The notes under the pieces are model-generated. The model saw only the letters and a list, made by a program, of their open reading frames with translations. It searched no databases and was not told the DNA's origin. A DNA stretch of 63,890 nt, filler included, from Octopus bimaculoides (lineage: Eukaryota), in the NCBI RefSeq assembly GCF_001194135.2. It is 6 parts of 6 records of this genome, joined end to end, with 100 filler letters (N's around TTAATTAATTAA, not from the genome) between each part and the next. Parts side by side here need not be neighbours in the genome. Positions count along the whole stretch, not along the records: positions 43,670 to 61,407 come from NW_026371378.1; 5 more parts are not named here. One strand, 5' to 3'. The number at the start of each line of letters is the position of its first letter. Positions within the stretch are counted from its first letter, which is position 1. A program made the position numbers and the translations under genes. Positions 47,628 through 61,297 of the stretch are shown here, piece after piece.

Positions 47628-48787
47628 CGCAAACATACACTGATACGCACTCACAATTCCACACACGCACACATACATAAACGCACAAAAACACAGATAC
47701 ATACACATACACACAAGCGCGCACACACACACACACACACACACTCTTACACATGCATGATTTAATTAAAAGCTATCAGAAAAACGTCTCCTGTGTTTAT
47801 CGATTTAATGAAAGCACAAAAGGATCCACCAACCACCACCACCNNNNNNNNNNNNNNNNNNNNNNNNNNNNNNNNNNNNNNNNNNNNNNNNNNNNNNNNN
47901 NNNNNNNNNNNNNNNNNNNNNNNNNNNNNNNNNNNNNNNNNNNNNNNNNNNNNNNNNNNNNNNNNNNNNNNNNNNNNNNNNNNNNNNNNNNNNNNNNNNN
48001 NNNNNNNNNNNNNNNNNNNNNNNNNNNNNNNNNNNNNNNNNNNNNNNNNNNNNNNNNNNNNNNNNNNNNNNNNNNNNNNNNNNNNNNNNNNNNNNNNNNN
48101 NNNNNNNNNNNNNNNNNNNNNNNNNNNNNNNNNNNNNNNNNNNNNNNNNNNNNNNNNNNNNNNNNNNNNNNNNNNNNNNNNNNNNNNNNNNNNNNNNNNN
48201 NNNNNNNNNNNNNNNNNNNNNNNNNNNNNNNNNNNNNNNNNNNNNNNNNNNNNNNNNNNNNNNNNNNNNNNNNNNNNNNNNNNNNNNNNNNNNNNNNNNN
48301 NNNNNNNNNNNNNNNNNNNNNNNNNNNNNNNNNNNNNNNNNNNNNNNNNNNNNNNNNNNNNNNNNNNNNNNNNNNNNNNNNNNNNNNNNNNNNNNNNNNN
48401 NNNNNNNNNNNNNNNNNNNNNNNNNNNNNNNNNNNNNNNNNNNNNNNNNNNNNNNNNNNNNNNNNNNNNNNNNNNNNNNNNNNNNNNNNNNNNNNNNNNN
48501 NNNNNNNNNNNNNNNNNNNNNNNNNNNNNNNNNNNNNNNNNNNNNNNNNNNNNNNNNNNNNNNNNNNNNNNNNNNNNNNNNNNNNNNNNNNNNNNNNNNN
48601 NNNNNNNNNNNNNNNNNNNNNNNNNNNNNNNNNNNNNNNNNNNNNNNNNNNNNNNNNNNNNNNNNNNNNNNNNNNNNNNNATATGTATATGTTTATATAC
48701 ACATACACAGACACATACATAAATATACACACAACCATATATACAAATATATGTATATACACACACACATGCAAACATATACATAAT

Positions 48788-48829
<42 letters not shown>

Positions 48830-48917
48830 CAAAAATTACATAACTATGCATACATATATGCATATATATATATATATATACACACATTCACATATATATA
48901 TACACACATACATAATT

Positions 48918-48958
<41 letters not shown>

Positions 48959-49051
48959 CACATCCATATATACAAATATATGCATATACACACATACATA
49001 CAAACATAGATATACATAATTACACACATACATACACATCCATATATACGA

Positions 49052-49082
<31 letters not shown>

Positions 49083-49205
49083 TATATATATACACACATA
49101 CACACAAACACATATATACATGCGGATGTAATGTATGTTCAATATATAGTCAATGTCAGCAACACTAATCAGGTGTGTAACAGATAAATGCAGTGTGTAT
49201 GTATG

Positions 49206-49244
<39 letters not shown>

Positions 49245-49422
49245 TATGCATGTATAAAACTGAGTATATGTTGGTATATACATTGCTATGTCTTATCTTT
49301 CTCCGTAGAGAAACTGGTGTGTGTGTGCGTGTGTAGTTAAATGAGTGAATCTTTTATTTCCGCCCCAGTGCTTCTGTGTGCCTATGTGTGAGTGTATACA
49401 CATCACATTATATATATTATAC

Positions 49423-49490
<68 letters not shown>

Positions 49491-49669
49491 NNNNNNNNNN
49501 NNNNNNNNNNNNNNNNNNNNNNNNNNNNNNNNNNNNNNNNNNNNNNNNNNNNNNNNNNNNNNNNNNNNNNNNNNNNNNNNNNNNNNNNNNNNNNNNNNNN
49601 NNNNNNNNNNNNNNNNNNNNNNNNNNNNNNNNNNNNNNNNNNNNNNNNNNNNNNNNNNNNNNNNNNNNN

Positions 49670-49700
<31 letters not shown>

Positions 49701-50280
49701 GTGTGTGTGTGTGTGTGTATATATATACATATATACATATACACACACACTACATATATATATATGTATATATATATACATTCATATATATACTCACACA
49801 CATACACATGTAGAACCATTTACAAGTGTGCACGCTTACAGCTATTCATACGCACACAAACACACACACACACACACAACCACCACCACCAGCAGCGTGT
49901 ATATAGATAGCTTTGCTTAGCAAAGAGTTTTTATCTGTCGTCTGCTTAACAATGGCTGCCTTAGCTTCATTAAGATCAAAATGGTTAACTTTTGTTACAG
50001 ATTTTCACACAATAAACGTATGGAGCTGCACCACGATAAAATTAATCAGTTCTTCGTTGAATGTTTACGTTGGAATAAAGGGGGTTTCGGTGAATATTTT
50101 AGCTGCAGAGTTTAAAGGAGGCCGGCATTTAGTGGACACTAGGTTTTATCTTCTGGTGTTGGAGGGAAGGAGGGAGAAAAATGGCGGCCAGTGTGGAGAG
50201 CTGCTGTTTGTGTGATTCTGTTGAAAGTTTAATGGTGTGCTTGAAAAACGATGAGTGTTGGAACGAAGAAAGAATCCAAT

Positions 50281-50332
<52 letters not shown>

Positions 50333-50614
50333 TGATGTTTTTGATGTTGTTGTTGTTGTTGGGGGTGGCGTGTGTGTTGGGAGTTATTTTTGTTTCAACC
50401 TGGGGTCAATGTTGTAATTGAACGAACCTTCTCATCAAAGGCCTTTCCAACTGTGACGATTACGGCTTTTTTTTTTTCTCTTTTTCTCTTCTCTATGTCT
50501 AATCACCCAAATCTTCATCACCACGACTGCGTTATCAAAGAGCATCCTATTCTAAGACGATGGCGATGGAATTAGTAAGAGAAAGAGAGATAGAACAATA
50601 TATATATGGTGGTG

Positions 50615-50844
50615 GTGATAGCAGTGGGGGGGACAAACGAAAATGCAAAGGCACACACACATAGACATATGTACATATATATATACAACCGGCTTCTTTC
50701 AGTTTCCATCTCTCAAATCCACTCACAAGGCTTTGGTCAGCCCAAGGCTATAGTAGAAGACATTTGTCCAAGGTGCTACGCAGTGGCACTGAACCCAGAA
50801 CCATGTGGTTGGGAAGCAAGTTTCTTACCACACAGCCACTCCTG
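50615..50844 (-). mobile_element. SINE family B 5' half
   Basis: GGCTTCTTTCAGTTTCC..GGCTATAGTAGAAGAC..GAACCCAGAACCATGTGG..CACACAGCCACTCC. Confidence 0.88.
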
Positions 50845-50848
50845 AGCC

Positions 50849-50879
<31 letters not shown>

Positions 50880-50887
<8 letters not shown>

Positions 50888-51030
50888 TTCTCTTTGTTTC
50901 CCCCCACCCCATCACTACATGGCAACCAGTGTTGGTTTGTTTACATTCCTTTAGCAGCTGAGCCAAAGAGACCTCTTTGAGGCTATGCTCCAGTATGGCC
51001 ACAGGCCAATGAATGAAACGAGTAAAAAAG
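50880..51030 (+). mobile_element. SINE family B 3' half, internally deleted
   Basis: TTTGTTTCCCCCC..CAACCAGTGTTGGT..TGCTCCAGTATGGCCACAG..TGAAACGAGTAAAA. Confidence 0.7.
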
Positions 51031-51981
51031 AAGAGACGCAAANNNNNNNNNNNNNNNNNNNNNNNNNNNNNNNNNNNNNNNNNNNNNNNNNNNNNNNNNN
51101 NNNNNNNNNNNNNNNNNNNNNNNNNNNNNNNNNNNNNNNNNNNNNNNNNNNNNNNNNNNNNNNNNNNNNNNNNNNNNNNNNNNNNNNNNNNNNNNNNNNN
51201 NNNNNNNNNNNNNNNNNNNNNNNNNNNNNNNNNNNNNNNNNNNNNNNNNNNNNNNNNNNNNNNNNNNNNNNNNNNNNNNNNNNNNNNNNNNNNNNNNNNN
51301 NNNNNNNNNNNNNNNNNNNNNNNNNNNNNNNNNNNNNNNNNNNNNNNNNNNNNNNNNNNNNNNNNNNNNNNNNNNNNNNNNNNNNNNNNNNNNNNNNNNN
51401 NNNNNNNNNNNNNNNNNNNNNNNNNNNNNNNNNNNNNNNNNNNNNNNNNNNNNNNNNNNNNNNNNNNNNNNNNNNNNNNNNNNNNNNNNNNNNNNNNNNN
51501 NNNNNNNNNNNNNNNNNNNNNNNNNNNNNNNNNNNNNNNNNNNNNNNNNNNNNNNNNNNNNNNNNNNNNNNNNNNNNNNNNNNNNNNNNNNNNNNNNNNN
51601 NNNNNNNNNNNNNNNNNNNNNNNNNNNNNNNNNNNNNNNNNNNNNNNNNNNNNNNNNNNNNNNNNNNNNNNNNNNNNNNNNNNNNNNNNNNNNNNNNNNN
51701 NNNNNNNNNNNNNNNNNNNNNNNNNNNNNNNNNNNNNNNNNNNNNNNNNNNNNNNNNNNNNNNNNNNNNNNNNNNNNNNNNNNNNNNNNNNNNNNNNNNN
51801 NNNNNNNNNNNNNNNNNNNNNNNNNNNNNNNNNNNNNNNNNNNNNNNNNNNNNNNNNNNNNNNNNNNNNNNNNNNNNNNNNNNNNNNNNNNNNNNNNNNN
51901 NNNNNNNNNNNNNNNNNNNNNNNNNNNNNNNNNNNNNNNNNNNNNNNNNNNNNNNNNNNNNNNNNNNNNNNNNNNNNNNNN

Positions 51982-52034
<53 letters not shown>

Positions 52035-52097
52035 GTATATAGATAACTAGGTATGTATATATACAGATATATAGATATATACACATTACATGAATAT

Positions 52098-52138
<41 letters not shown>

Positions 52139-52565
52139 ATCGGAAAGAAAGCAATGGGTGTATGAGTGTGAGCACCCGTGTGTATGTGTGCTTGTAAGGG
52201 AGACTGTGTATGTAGATAGTGCAGGTACATTAATTGTAAGGAGTTGATGTATGTGACAGCAATGATTTCAGGGGTTTATAGCCAGATCAGAAGAAGAAGA
52301 AGAAGAAGACTACCACAACAAGAACAACAACGGCAGAAGCAACAAATGAGAAAGGTAGGGAGAAGAAGGGATGAGAAGAAGGAGCAGGAGGAGGAAGAAG
52401 AAAGAAGAAGAAGAACAAGAAGAAAGAAGAAAAGGGAGAAGAAGAAAGGGAAGGAGAAGTGAAGAAAAAAGAAAAAGAAAGGGGAGAAGGATGAAGGAGG
52501 AGGAGGAGAAGAACAACAATGATGTTAATGTTAATAATGCTAATGGTGTTGATGATGATGTTGAG

Positions 52566-52690
52566 GCCCTGATGCAGTGCCAAGCATTGGCTCTCATGGG
52601 TTTTACAGCAAATATTCTGCTCAATTCCACAGATTTTGCTTGTCAGTTGACTGAGACCTTAACCAGCTGAGCATGTCCCTTAGTGGTCGA
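52566..52690 (-). mobile_element. Unclassified ~125-bp repeat (family F), probable SINE 3' portion
   Basis: Near-identical to 54607-54729; GCCCTGATGCAGTGCCAAGCATTGGCTCTCATGG..GAGCATGTCCCTTAGTGG next to (GAT)n. Confidence 0.65.
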
Positions 52691-52891
52691 ATATTTTAGG
52701 GGAATCCCTCCAGCTTGGCCATAGTTCAAACAGCGGAAGGAGTAAAAGATCGAAATATATGCCTGGGTACAAGTAGTATGTTTGTATGTGGGTGTATATA
52801 ATGATGCAGTTTCTCTTGAAAAACATGGTAGTCTCTACCCCAGGAAAAACTCTTCGGGAAGAAGAATTGAATTTCACTACATTATGTAATA

Positions 52892-52923
<32 letters not shown>

Positions 52924-53469
52924 ATTCCTCAACATTAATTCCTCAACATTTTGATAGTCATAAAATGACCTGATACTACTATGACCAGTGAAACCTCTAG
53001 ATTCTAATACTTTTATAGCCTTGTCCATGCATACTGCTTACACCTTCCCTCTCTTTAGAAGTAATTGTCCCTTTGCTATGGCCACTAGATAAGAAACAAT
53101 AGAATTCTGAGACAGTTAAAACTTTTGTCTAGAATCAATTACTAGCCTGATAGACCCTGCTATGTCAAGATGGACTTATATATTCTTCCTCTGCTCTCTC
53201 CCACTTGGTTTTAATATGTTGCCACATTTGTAATATGTCTTTTTTCTACATTTTTTCGTGCAGCTGAAGATTGCTCTTCATATTGCATTTAAGGTAATGC
53301 TCACATTACTTAAATAAATTAAAGTAGCATGAAACGTGCGTACTGCAATCACTTTTGAAATCCGTGTTGCTTATTATTATTTGATTTTAATCACCCATCC
53401 TTTTGGGATGTGAAATTCGGGTGCCTTCGCATAAGTACCATATTCAAGCCTTGAATCTATATCTAAACC

Positions 53470-53507
<38 letters not shown>

Positions 53508-53828
53508 GCATACACACGCTCACACATGTATGTTAGCTCTTTAGAAAATGAAGGCAGAAATGAGCGATGTATGTTTATTTTATTCTAAACTTTCAAAGAT
53601 AATATGTGTACAAGTTACATATACACATGTAAATGAAAGTGCATAGGTATCATATAACATGTGTGTGTGTGTGTGTGTGCGCACACGCATGCGCTTGCAC
53701 GTACAACAGGGTGAAAAAAGTACTGAATGTATACAGTGATGTTTGTTTATATAGAAACGTGCGTATATAAACATGCGTAGACGTTATGTGTTCATTGATA
53801 TATACATGTGTGTATTTGTATATATACA

Positions 53829-53866
<38 letters not shown>

Positions 53867-54606
53867 GATGTGCATATATATGCTTTATGAATTGTATATA
53901 TATATATATATATATATATAAATACATACATACACACACATATATGTATGTATGTATATATAGATGTATATATATATGTGTGTGTGTATGTGTTATATAT
54001 GTATGTATATATACACATATGCAATTATGTATGTATGTATGTATGTATGTATGTATGTATATATATATGTATATATATATGTGTGTGTGTATGTGTTATA
54101 TATGTATGTATATATACACATATACAATTATGTATGTATGTATGTATGTATGTATGTATGTATATANNNNNNNNNNNNNNNNNNNNNNNNNNNNNNNNNN
54201 NNNNNNNNNNNNNNNNNNNNNNNNNNNNNNNNNNNNNNNNNNNNNNNNNNNNNNNNNNNNNNNNNNNNNNNNNNNNNNNNNNNNNNNNNNNNNNNNNNNN
54301 NNNNNNNNNNNNNNNNNNNNNNNNNNNNNNNNNNNNNNNNNNNNNNNNNNNNNNNNNNNNNNNNNNNNNNNNNNNNNNNNNNNNNNNNNNNNNNNNNNNN
54401 NNAGAAGAGAGCATTGTAGTGTTGTTATCACGAAAGCAAGTGATTTCTTGTTAGCATCTTCTGTACAGAGGAGGGCGGCAGAAGTTTCAGAACAACGTTA
54501 ACAAGAACAACAACAACAACAGCAACACTATAACAACAACAACAACAACAACAATAATGTTAATGTTAATAATACTAATAATGATGATGTTGATGATGAT
54601 GATGAT

Positions 54607-54729
54607 GCCCTGATGCAGTGCCAAGCATTGGCTCTCATGGACCACAGCAAATATTCTGCTCAATACCACGGATTTTGCTTGTCAGTTGACTGAGACCTTA
54701 ACCAGCTGAGCATGTCCCTTAGTGGCCGA
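54607..54729 (-). mobile_element. Second family F copy
   Basis: See 52566-52690; a third stub lies at 55177-55206. Confidence 0.65.
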
Positions 54730-54750
54730 TGATGATGATGATGATGATGA

Positions 54751-54967
54751 TGGTTTCACATTTTGGCACAAGGCCAGCAGTTTTTGAGAGGAGGGGAAGT
54801 CGATTACAACAACCCCCAGTATCTAAATGGTACTTATTTTGCCGCCCCCCCCCCCGCAAAATGATGAACGGCCAAGTCAACCTCGGTGGAATTTGAACCC
54901 AGAGTGTAAAGACAGATAAAATACCATGAAGCCCAGTGTGCTAACCATTCAGCTAACTCGCTGCCTT
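54751..54967 (-). mobile_element. SINE family A, full length (GCCAAAAT.TGAAACC variant)
   Basis: GGTTTCACATTTTGGCACAAGGCC..GGAATTTGAACCCAG..GTGCTAAC..CTCGCTGCCTT. Confidence 0.85.
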
Positions 54968-54977
54968 AAATAATAAT

Positions 54978-55019
<42 letters not shown>

Positions 55020-55097
55020 AATAATAATAATAATAATAATAATAGTAATTATAATAATAACAATAATAACAATAATAATAATAATAACAATAACAAC

Positions 55098-55174
<77 letters not shown>

Positions 55175-55965
55175 TTAGCAAAAATCCTGCTCAATACCAC
55201 AGATTTCTTGTTTTTTTTCTGATTTTGTGAATAACTTTTCCTGTTGTTGTTTTAGTTGTAGCTGTTGTTGTTTCTTACTCTGTTATTGCTGTTGGGAAAT
55301 TGTACACCCATTAACCTCAGAGACCTGTCAGTGATATTTGTGTTTACACCGACATAAAAGGGAGGGTTATACCAAGTAAACCTGTATTTCATAATCGTTT
55401 ATCCGCTGGGGTTAATGGGGATGTTTCTCCTCTAATAAATATATTCTCTTTAAAGCCACTACTTTTTTTAAACATTATTATAGTCATCCATAATATTGTT
55501 GGATGGCGTTTATTGCACAATACGCCAGACAAACGAATGACAATATTCCTCATAACATTATTTAATATAGCTGGAGGGTGTTTTCATTTCCTTTTACTTC
55601 GTCGGCGTATTTCATTTGGTCATAAAAACTTTTTCACTCTAATTCTTGCATTGAATGCTTTTTATAGAGTTTCTATACATTAATGTGTTCGCTTTCTATT
55701 GTGTGAATCTGTAACTTCACAGAGACATATCTATACACACGCAGCCACATTAACATATACAGGTGGCCATAAAGCTCTCTATCTCTGTCTATGCATGTAT
55801 GTATATGAATGAATGTCTGTATGTATTTGTCTGTCTGTCTTCTGTCTATTTAGCTATCTGCCTGTCTGTCTACCTGTCTGTCTGTATATCTATCTATCTA
55901 TCCAACCACAAATCTATCTATCTATCCATCCACACACACAAACACACACACACATATATATATAA

Positions 55966-56287
55966 ATGAATGACTATGGGATTGCGCTGAGGAAATTTTC
56001 CCTCTGAGGCCCAAGTCCAGGCAAGGTTGTTTATGGAAGACCATCAGTCACCCATGCATACCAGCCTCCCCTGTTCATGCCATTGATGTTATCCAAGGGA
56101 AAGGCAAAAGGGTCGACACAGCTTGGCACCAGTGACGTCACAACTCATTTCTACAGCTGAGTGAACTGGAGCAATGTGAAATAAAGTGTCTTGCTCAAGA
56201 ACACAACACACGGCCCAATGCAGGAATTGAACTCACTACCTGATGATTGAAAGCCTGATGCTTTAACCACTGATTCATATGCCTTCA
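55966..56287 (-). mobile_element. tRNA-derived CORE-type SINE, family D
   Basis: Reverse complement: GAAGGCATATG..CAGTGGTT A-box, GAGTTCAATTCC B-box, GTGTTCTTGAGCAAGACACTT as in family C, different 3' body. Confidence 0.8.
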
Positions 56288-56560
56288 AACACACACACAC
56301 ACACACACACAGACAGAGTCACAGAGGTCTCTATGCTTATATACACTGATACCTCTCTTAAATGATTATATTCACTGTTGGTTATAGATTGTGTAGAGGA
56401 CATTATTGAAAGAGTGGATATTGGAAATATATCGTTCTTCTGTTGTCGTTGAAAGCAATGTGAAGTGGTCACACAATGTCGATAATGTTGTGGCTGTTCG
56501 AATGTCTGTTGCTTTTTACGATATACAGTAAATTTCATGCATACCAATATATATATATAT

Positions 56561-56790
56561 TAGACAAAATGAGATAACAAAGTGAAGGCTGTGAGGAGTT
56601 TCCAGGACATTTATTAGGAAAAAGGTATAGGTAAAGTCTTACAGCTGTTTCTGGGATATTATAGATATCCCTTCATCAGAGACGATGTGAGATGGTTAAA
56701 TAGAGCTGTAAGGCTTTATCTATATCTTTTTCCTTATAAATGTCCTGAAAACTCCTCACAGCATTGGTTTTGTTATCTCTTTTTGTTTAA
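56561..56790. mobile_element. 230-bp fold-back mini-element with a hammerhead, flanked by (TA)n
   Basis: Inverted arms of ~86 bp (56561-56646 and 56704-56790) around a 57-bp core. Confidence 0.85.
56636..56683 (-). ncRNA. Minimal type I hammerhead ribozyme
   Basis: GUCU-CUGAUGA-A-GGGAUAU(CUAUA)AUAUCCC-A-GAAA-CAGCUG-UA^AGAC; 4-bp stem I, 7-bp stem II, palindromic stem III. Confidence 0.9.
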
Positions 56791-56981
56791 TATATATCCA
56801 TATATATATGCACATGCTAACACAAGACCCACATTAGACTCTTCACCTGTATCACTATCGAACTAAGAGTTTAACTATGGTCCATCCAAAGTACTTACTT
56901 AGTGTTACCTGCCACTCTTTGGGTCTTCTAGATACCAATACCTCTCATACATATATGTATATGTATATATATGCATACATA

Positions 56982-57028
<47 letters not shown>

Positions 57029-57047
57029 GATTCCCTGACCTTATTCT

Positions 57048-57079
<32 letters not shown>

Positions 57080-57214
57080 NNNNNNNNNNNNNNNNNNNNN
57101 NNNNNNNNNNNNNNNNNNNNNNNNNNNNNNNNNNNNNNNNNNNNNNNNNNNNNNNNNNNNNNNNNNNNNNNNNNNNNNNNNNNNNNNNNNNNNNNNNNNN
57201 NNNNNNNNNNNNNN

Positions 57215-57260
<46 letters not shown>

Positions 57261-57829
57261 AATGTGTGTGTGTGTGTGTAGACAAAAACAGAATACAACA
57301 ATAGCCACAAAAACAAAAAGAAATAAGCAACAGAAAATAATAAGATGAAAAATATCAAAGAGAGGGGAAAAACGAATATTAATGATGTAAACACATTTGA
57401 TTGGTGTAATGATATGTGTGTGTGTGTGTGTGTGTGTGTGGGCATAACCATGGGTTTATGTATGTATATATATATACCCAACCCACGTATATACACTCAA
57501 ATGCATAAATATATATGTACATACATCCATATTTATATATATATATATATACATATATATTTATATATATACATATATATATATATAAATGTGTATATAC
57601 ATACATACACCATCATACACACACATATATAAGTATATATGTGTGTGTGTGTGTTTGCTGGAAATATGTCGTTTATTGCTGAAAATTACTTACGAATAAA
57701 AGTTATTTTAATGTACTTCATATGTAAATGTATGTTATTGTTTGATGTGTGGATATGTGGATATATAAACACTGATGTATACATATATTTGCCAGTATAT
57801 ACATATACATATGTACATACATACATACA

Positions 57830-57895
<66 letters not shown>

Positions 57896-58035
57896 TACAC
57901 ACATATAAATACATAAATAAGCATTTATATTTAGACATTATTTTCTCATATAAAAGTAACTGCATATATATAACTATATGTATCTCTACATGTGTGTGTG
58001 TATATATATATATATGTCTACATGCATATGTGAAT

Positions 58036-58087
<52 letters not shown>

Positions 58088-58348
58088 GAATTCACATTTA
58101 AATACATATTTCTATTCAAATATTCATATATGTGTATATTCTTGTGTGTGTGTGTGTGTATATATATATGCATGTATGTATGTATGTATGTATGCATGTG
58201 TGCAGTCTTGCTCTATAATGGTATTGAGCACTGTACATCTGTAACTACAGTATGTATAAAGGTGTACATGCATACACTGAGACATGTCTATATATATAAA
58301 TACATGTACATGCACTGCTGCTACCACTCATAGTTGTGCACAGACACA

Positions 58349-58390
<42 letters not shown>

Positions 58391-58484
58391 TACATATATA
58401 CATATACACACATATATATGCATATATATATCTATATATTTATATATCTATGTATGTATGTATATGTATATATAAATATCTATC

Positions 58485-58529
<45 letters not shown>

Positions 58530-59347
58530 GTATGTATGAATATACACACGCAGGTACAAGTGCACATGCATGTGTGTGCCCGCACACGCACCTATATGTA
58601 CTTATAGACCCCCTCNNNNNNNNNNNNNNNNNNNNNNNNNNNNNNNNNNNNNNNNNNNNNNNNNNNNNNNNNNNNNNNNNNNNNNNNNNNNNNNNNNNNN
58701 NNNNNNNNNNNNNNNNNNNNNNNNNNNNNNNNNNNNNNNNNNNNNNNNNNNNNNNNNNNNNNNNNNNNNNNNNNNNNNNNNNNNNNNNNNNNNNNNNNNN
58801 NNNNNNNNNNNNNNNNNNNNNNNNNNNNNNNNNNNNNNNNNNNNNNNNNNNNNNNNNNNNNNNNNNNNNNNNNNNNNNNNNNNNNNNNNNNNNNNNNNNN
58901 NNNNNNNNNNNNNNNNNNNNNNNNNNNNNNNNNNNNNNNNNNNNNNNNNNNNNNNNNNNNNNNNNNNNNNNNNNNNNNNNNNNNNNNNNNNNNNNNNNNN
59001 NNNNNNNNNNNNNNNNNNNNNNNNNNNNNNNNNNNNNNNNNNNNNNNNNNNNNNNNNNNNNNNNNNNNNNNNNNNNNNNNNNNNNNNNNNNNNNNNNNNN
59101 NNNNNNNNNNNNNNNNNNNNNNNNNNNNNNNNNNNNNNNNNNNNNNNNNNNNNNNNNNNNNNNNNNNNNNNNNNNNNNNNNNNNNNNNNNNNNNNNNNNN
59201 NNNNNNNNNNNNNNNNNNNNNNNNNNNNNNNNNNNNNNNNNNNNNNNNNNNNNNNNNNNNNNNNNNNNNNNNNNNNNNNNNNNNNNNNNNNNNNNNNNNN
59301 NNNNNNNNNNNNNNNNNNNNNNNNNNNNNNNNNNNNNNNNNNNNNNN

Positions 59348-59396
<49 letters not shown>

Positions 59397-59643
59397 GCCT
59401 ACCTCTATACATGTGTATATTTGTAGATACAGATGTGTGTGTGCATATTTATGTGTATACATACACATAGCCATACATGTGTGTATGCATATGCGTGCAT
59501 GCTTGTATATATATATATATATATACACATGTAAAAGTAGAAGAATGTCACTTGACACATAGTATAGTAGAAACACTTTGCTTTCACTGTCGGAGGCATA
59601 ACTAAAACACGTTCTGTAATAGTCCCCCCCCCCTCCTACTTAG

Positions 59644-59766
59644 TACCAGTCAGCAGACACTCAGCAAATACTGACACAACCACATGATGCTGAAGTGTCT
59701 AATGTAAACGGATCTCACTCATCATCCTCTGACATTAAATTGTATTCAGCAGATGTGATTGCCTAA
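59644..59766 (+). CDS. Speculative terminal coding exon (40 aa plus stop)
   Basis: Pyrimidine tract plus TAG acceptor at 59624-59643, then open frame YQSADTQQILTQPHDAEVSNVNGSHSSSSDIKLYSADVIA*; no homology recognised. Confidence 0.2.
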   Translation, partial: YQSADTQQILTQPHDAEVSNVNGSHSSSSDIKLYSADVIA

Positions 59767-59863
59767 CCACTCAGAAATAAGTGTCTGATCAATCAGCAGT
59801 TTTACAAAATTTTACATGTTTCATTTATAATTCATTCAATATTTTTATTCATTTATTCTATTA

Positions 59864-60156
59864 TTCTTTTACTTGTTTCAGTCATTTGACTATGGCCATG
59901 TTAGAGCACTGCCTTGAAGGGTTTTAGTCAGCCAAATCGACCCCAGGACTTATTCTTTGCAAGCCTAGTACTTATTCTTTCGGTCTCTTTTGATGAACTG
60001 CTAAGTTATGGGGACATAAACACACCAACACCGGTTGTCAAGTGGTGATAGGAAGATAAACACATATATAAAGACACACAGGCATATAATGTGTCACATA
60101 GACTGAACCTGGAACCATGTGGTTGGGAGGCAAAGTTCTTGTCACACAGCCATACC
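59864..60156 (-). mobile_element. SINE family B with an internal deletion
   Basis: TCTTTTACTTGTTTCAGTCATTTGAC..CCCCAGGACTTATTCTTTG..GACTGAACCTGGAACCATGTGG. Confidence 0.9.
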
Positions 60157-61044
60157 AGCATCTATCTATCTATCTTTCTATATATATATATATATNNNNN
60201 NNNNNNNNNNNNNNNNNNNNNNNNNNNNNNNNNNNNNNNNNNNNNNNNNNNNNNNNNNNNNNNNNNNNNNNNNNNNNNNNNNNNNNNNNNNNNNNNNNNN
60301 NNNNNNNNNNNNNNNNNNNNNNNNNNNNNNNNNNNNNNNNNNNNNNNNNNNNNNNNNNNNNNNNNNNNNNNNNNNNNNNNNNNNNNNNNNNNNNNNNNNN
60401 NNNNNNNNNNNNNNNNNNNNNNNNNNNNNNNNNNNNNNNNNNNNNNNNNNNNNNNNNNNNNNNNNNNNNNNNNNNNNNNNNNNNNNNNNNNNNNNNNNNN
60501 NNNNNNNNNNNNNNNNNNNNNNNNNNNNNNNNNNNNNNNNNNNNNNTATATATATATATATTAGATATATACATATTCATATATATACATCTCTATATAT
60601 GTATATACATATAGGTATGTGTAAATATTAATATACCTCCCTCAATACATGCATATATATGTGTGTGTGTGTGTATATACTGTCTCCCTGTGTGTCGTTC
60701 TTAGAATATCTACCGTCAAAATAGATAAAGATGTCTCGTTAAAGATATCATAAAAAATGTCGTTAAATGATGCACAAATATTTTATTTTAAATACAACGC
60801 AACGATGTGTGCCTGTAGGTGTGCGAGACAATGTGTTTATATGTATATGAATATATTTATATATATATATATATATATATGAATGTATTTTTACATATAT
60901 ATGTATATTTGTATATACATACATGCATATGTATATTTGTATACTTATACTTGTGTGCGTGTGTGTATTTATGTAGATGCATGTATATACGCACACACAC
61001 ACACATATATATGTACAGATACATATATATATAGTGATAGACAC

Positions 61045-61175
61045 AGGCATGGCTGTATGGTAAGATGCTTGCTTCCCAACCACAAGCTTCCAGGTTCAAT
61101 CCCACAGCTTGACACCTTAGGCAGGGGTCTTCTTCTATAGCCTTGGGCTGACCAAGGCATTGCAAGTAAATGGAT
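61045..61175 (+). mobile_element. SINE family B 5' half
   Basis: TGGCTGTATGGTAAG..CCAGGTTCAATCCC..TCTTCTATAGCCTTGGGCTGACCAA. Confidence 0.8.
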
Positions 61176-61297
61176 AAAGGATGCATGAACTTCTTTGCTT
61201 CTGTCTCCTAAATCCATTTCTATGACATGGTTGCTAAGGGTTACAGGAAAATACCTCTTTCCCCGGGTGCCACATAGAAGTTACCAAACCTGGGACT

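Noticed and set aside
53930-54165. Duplicated ~90-bp mixed microsatellite unit
   Set aside because: Low-complexity sequence next to a gap; slippage or assembly redundancy is sufficient.
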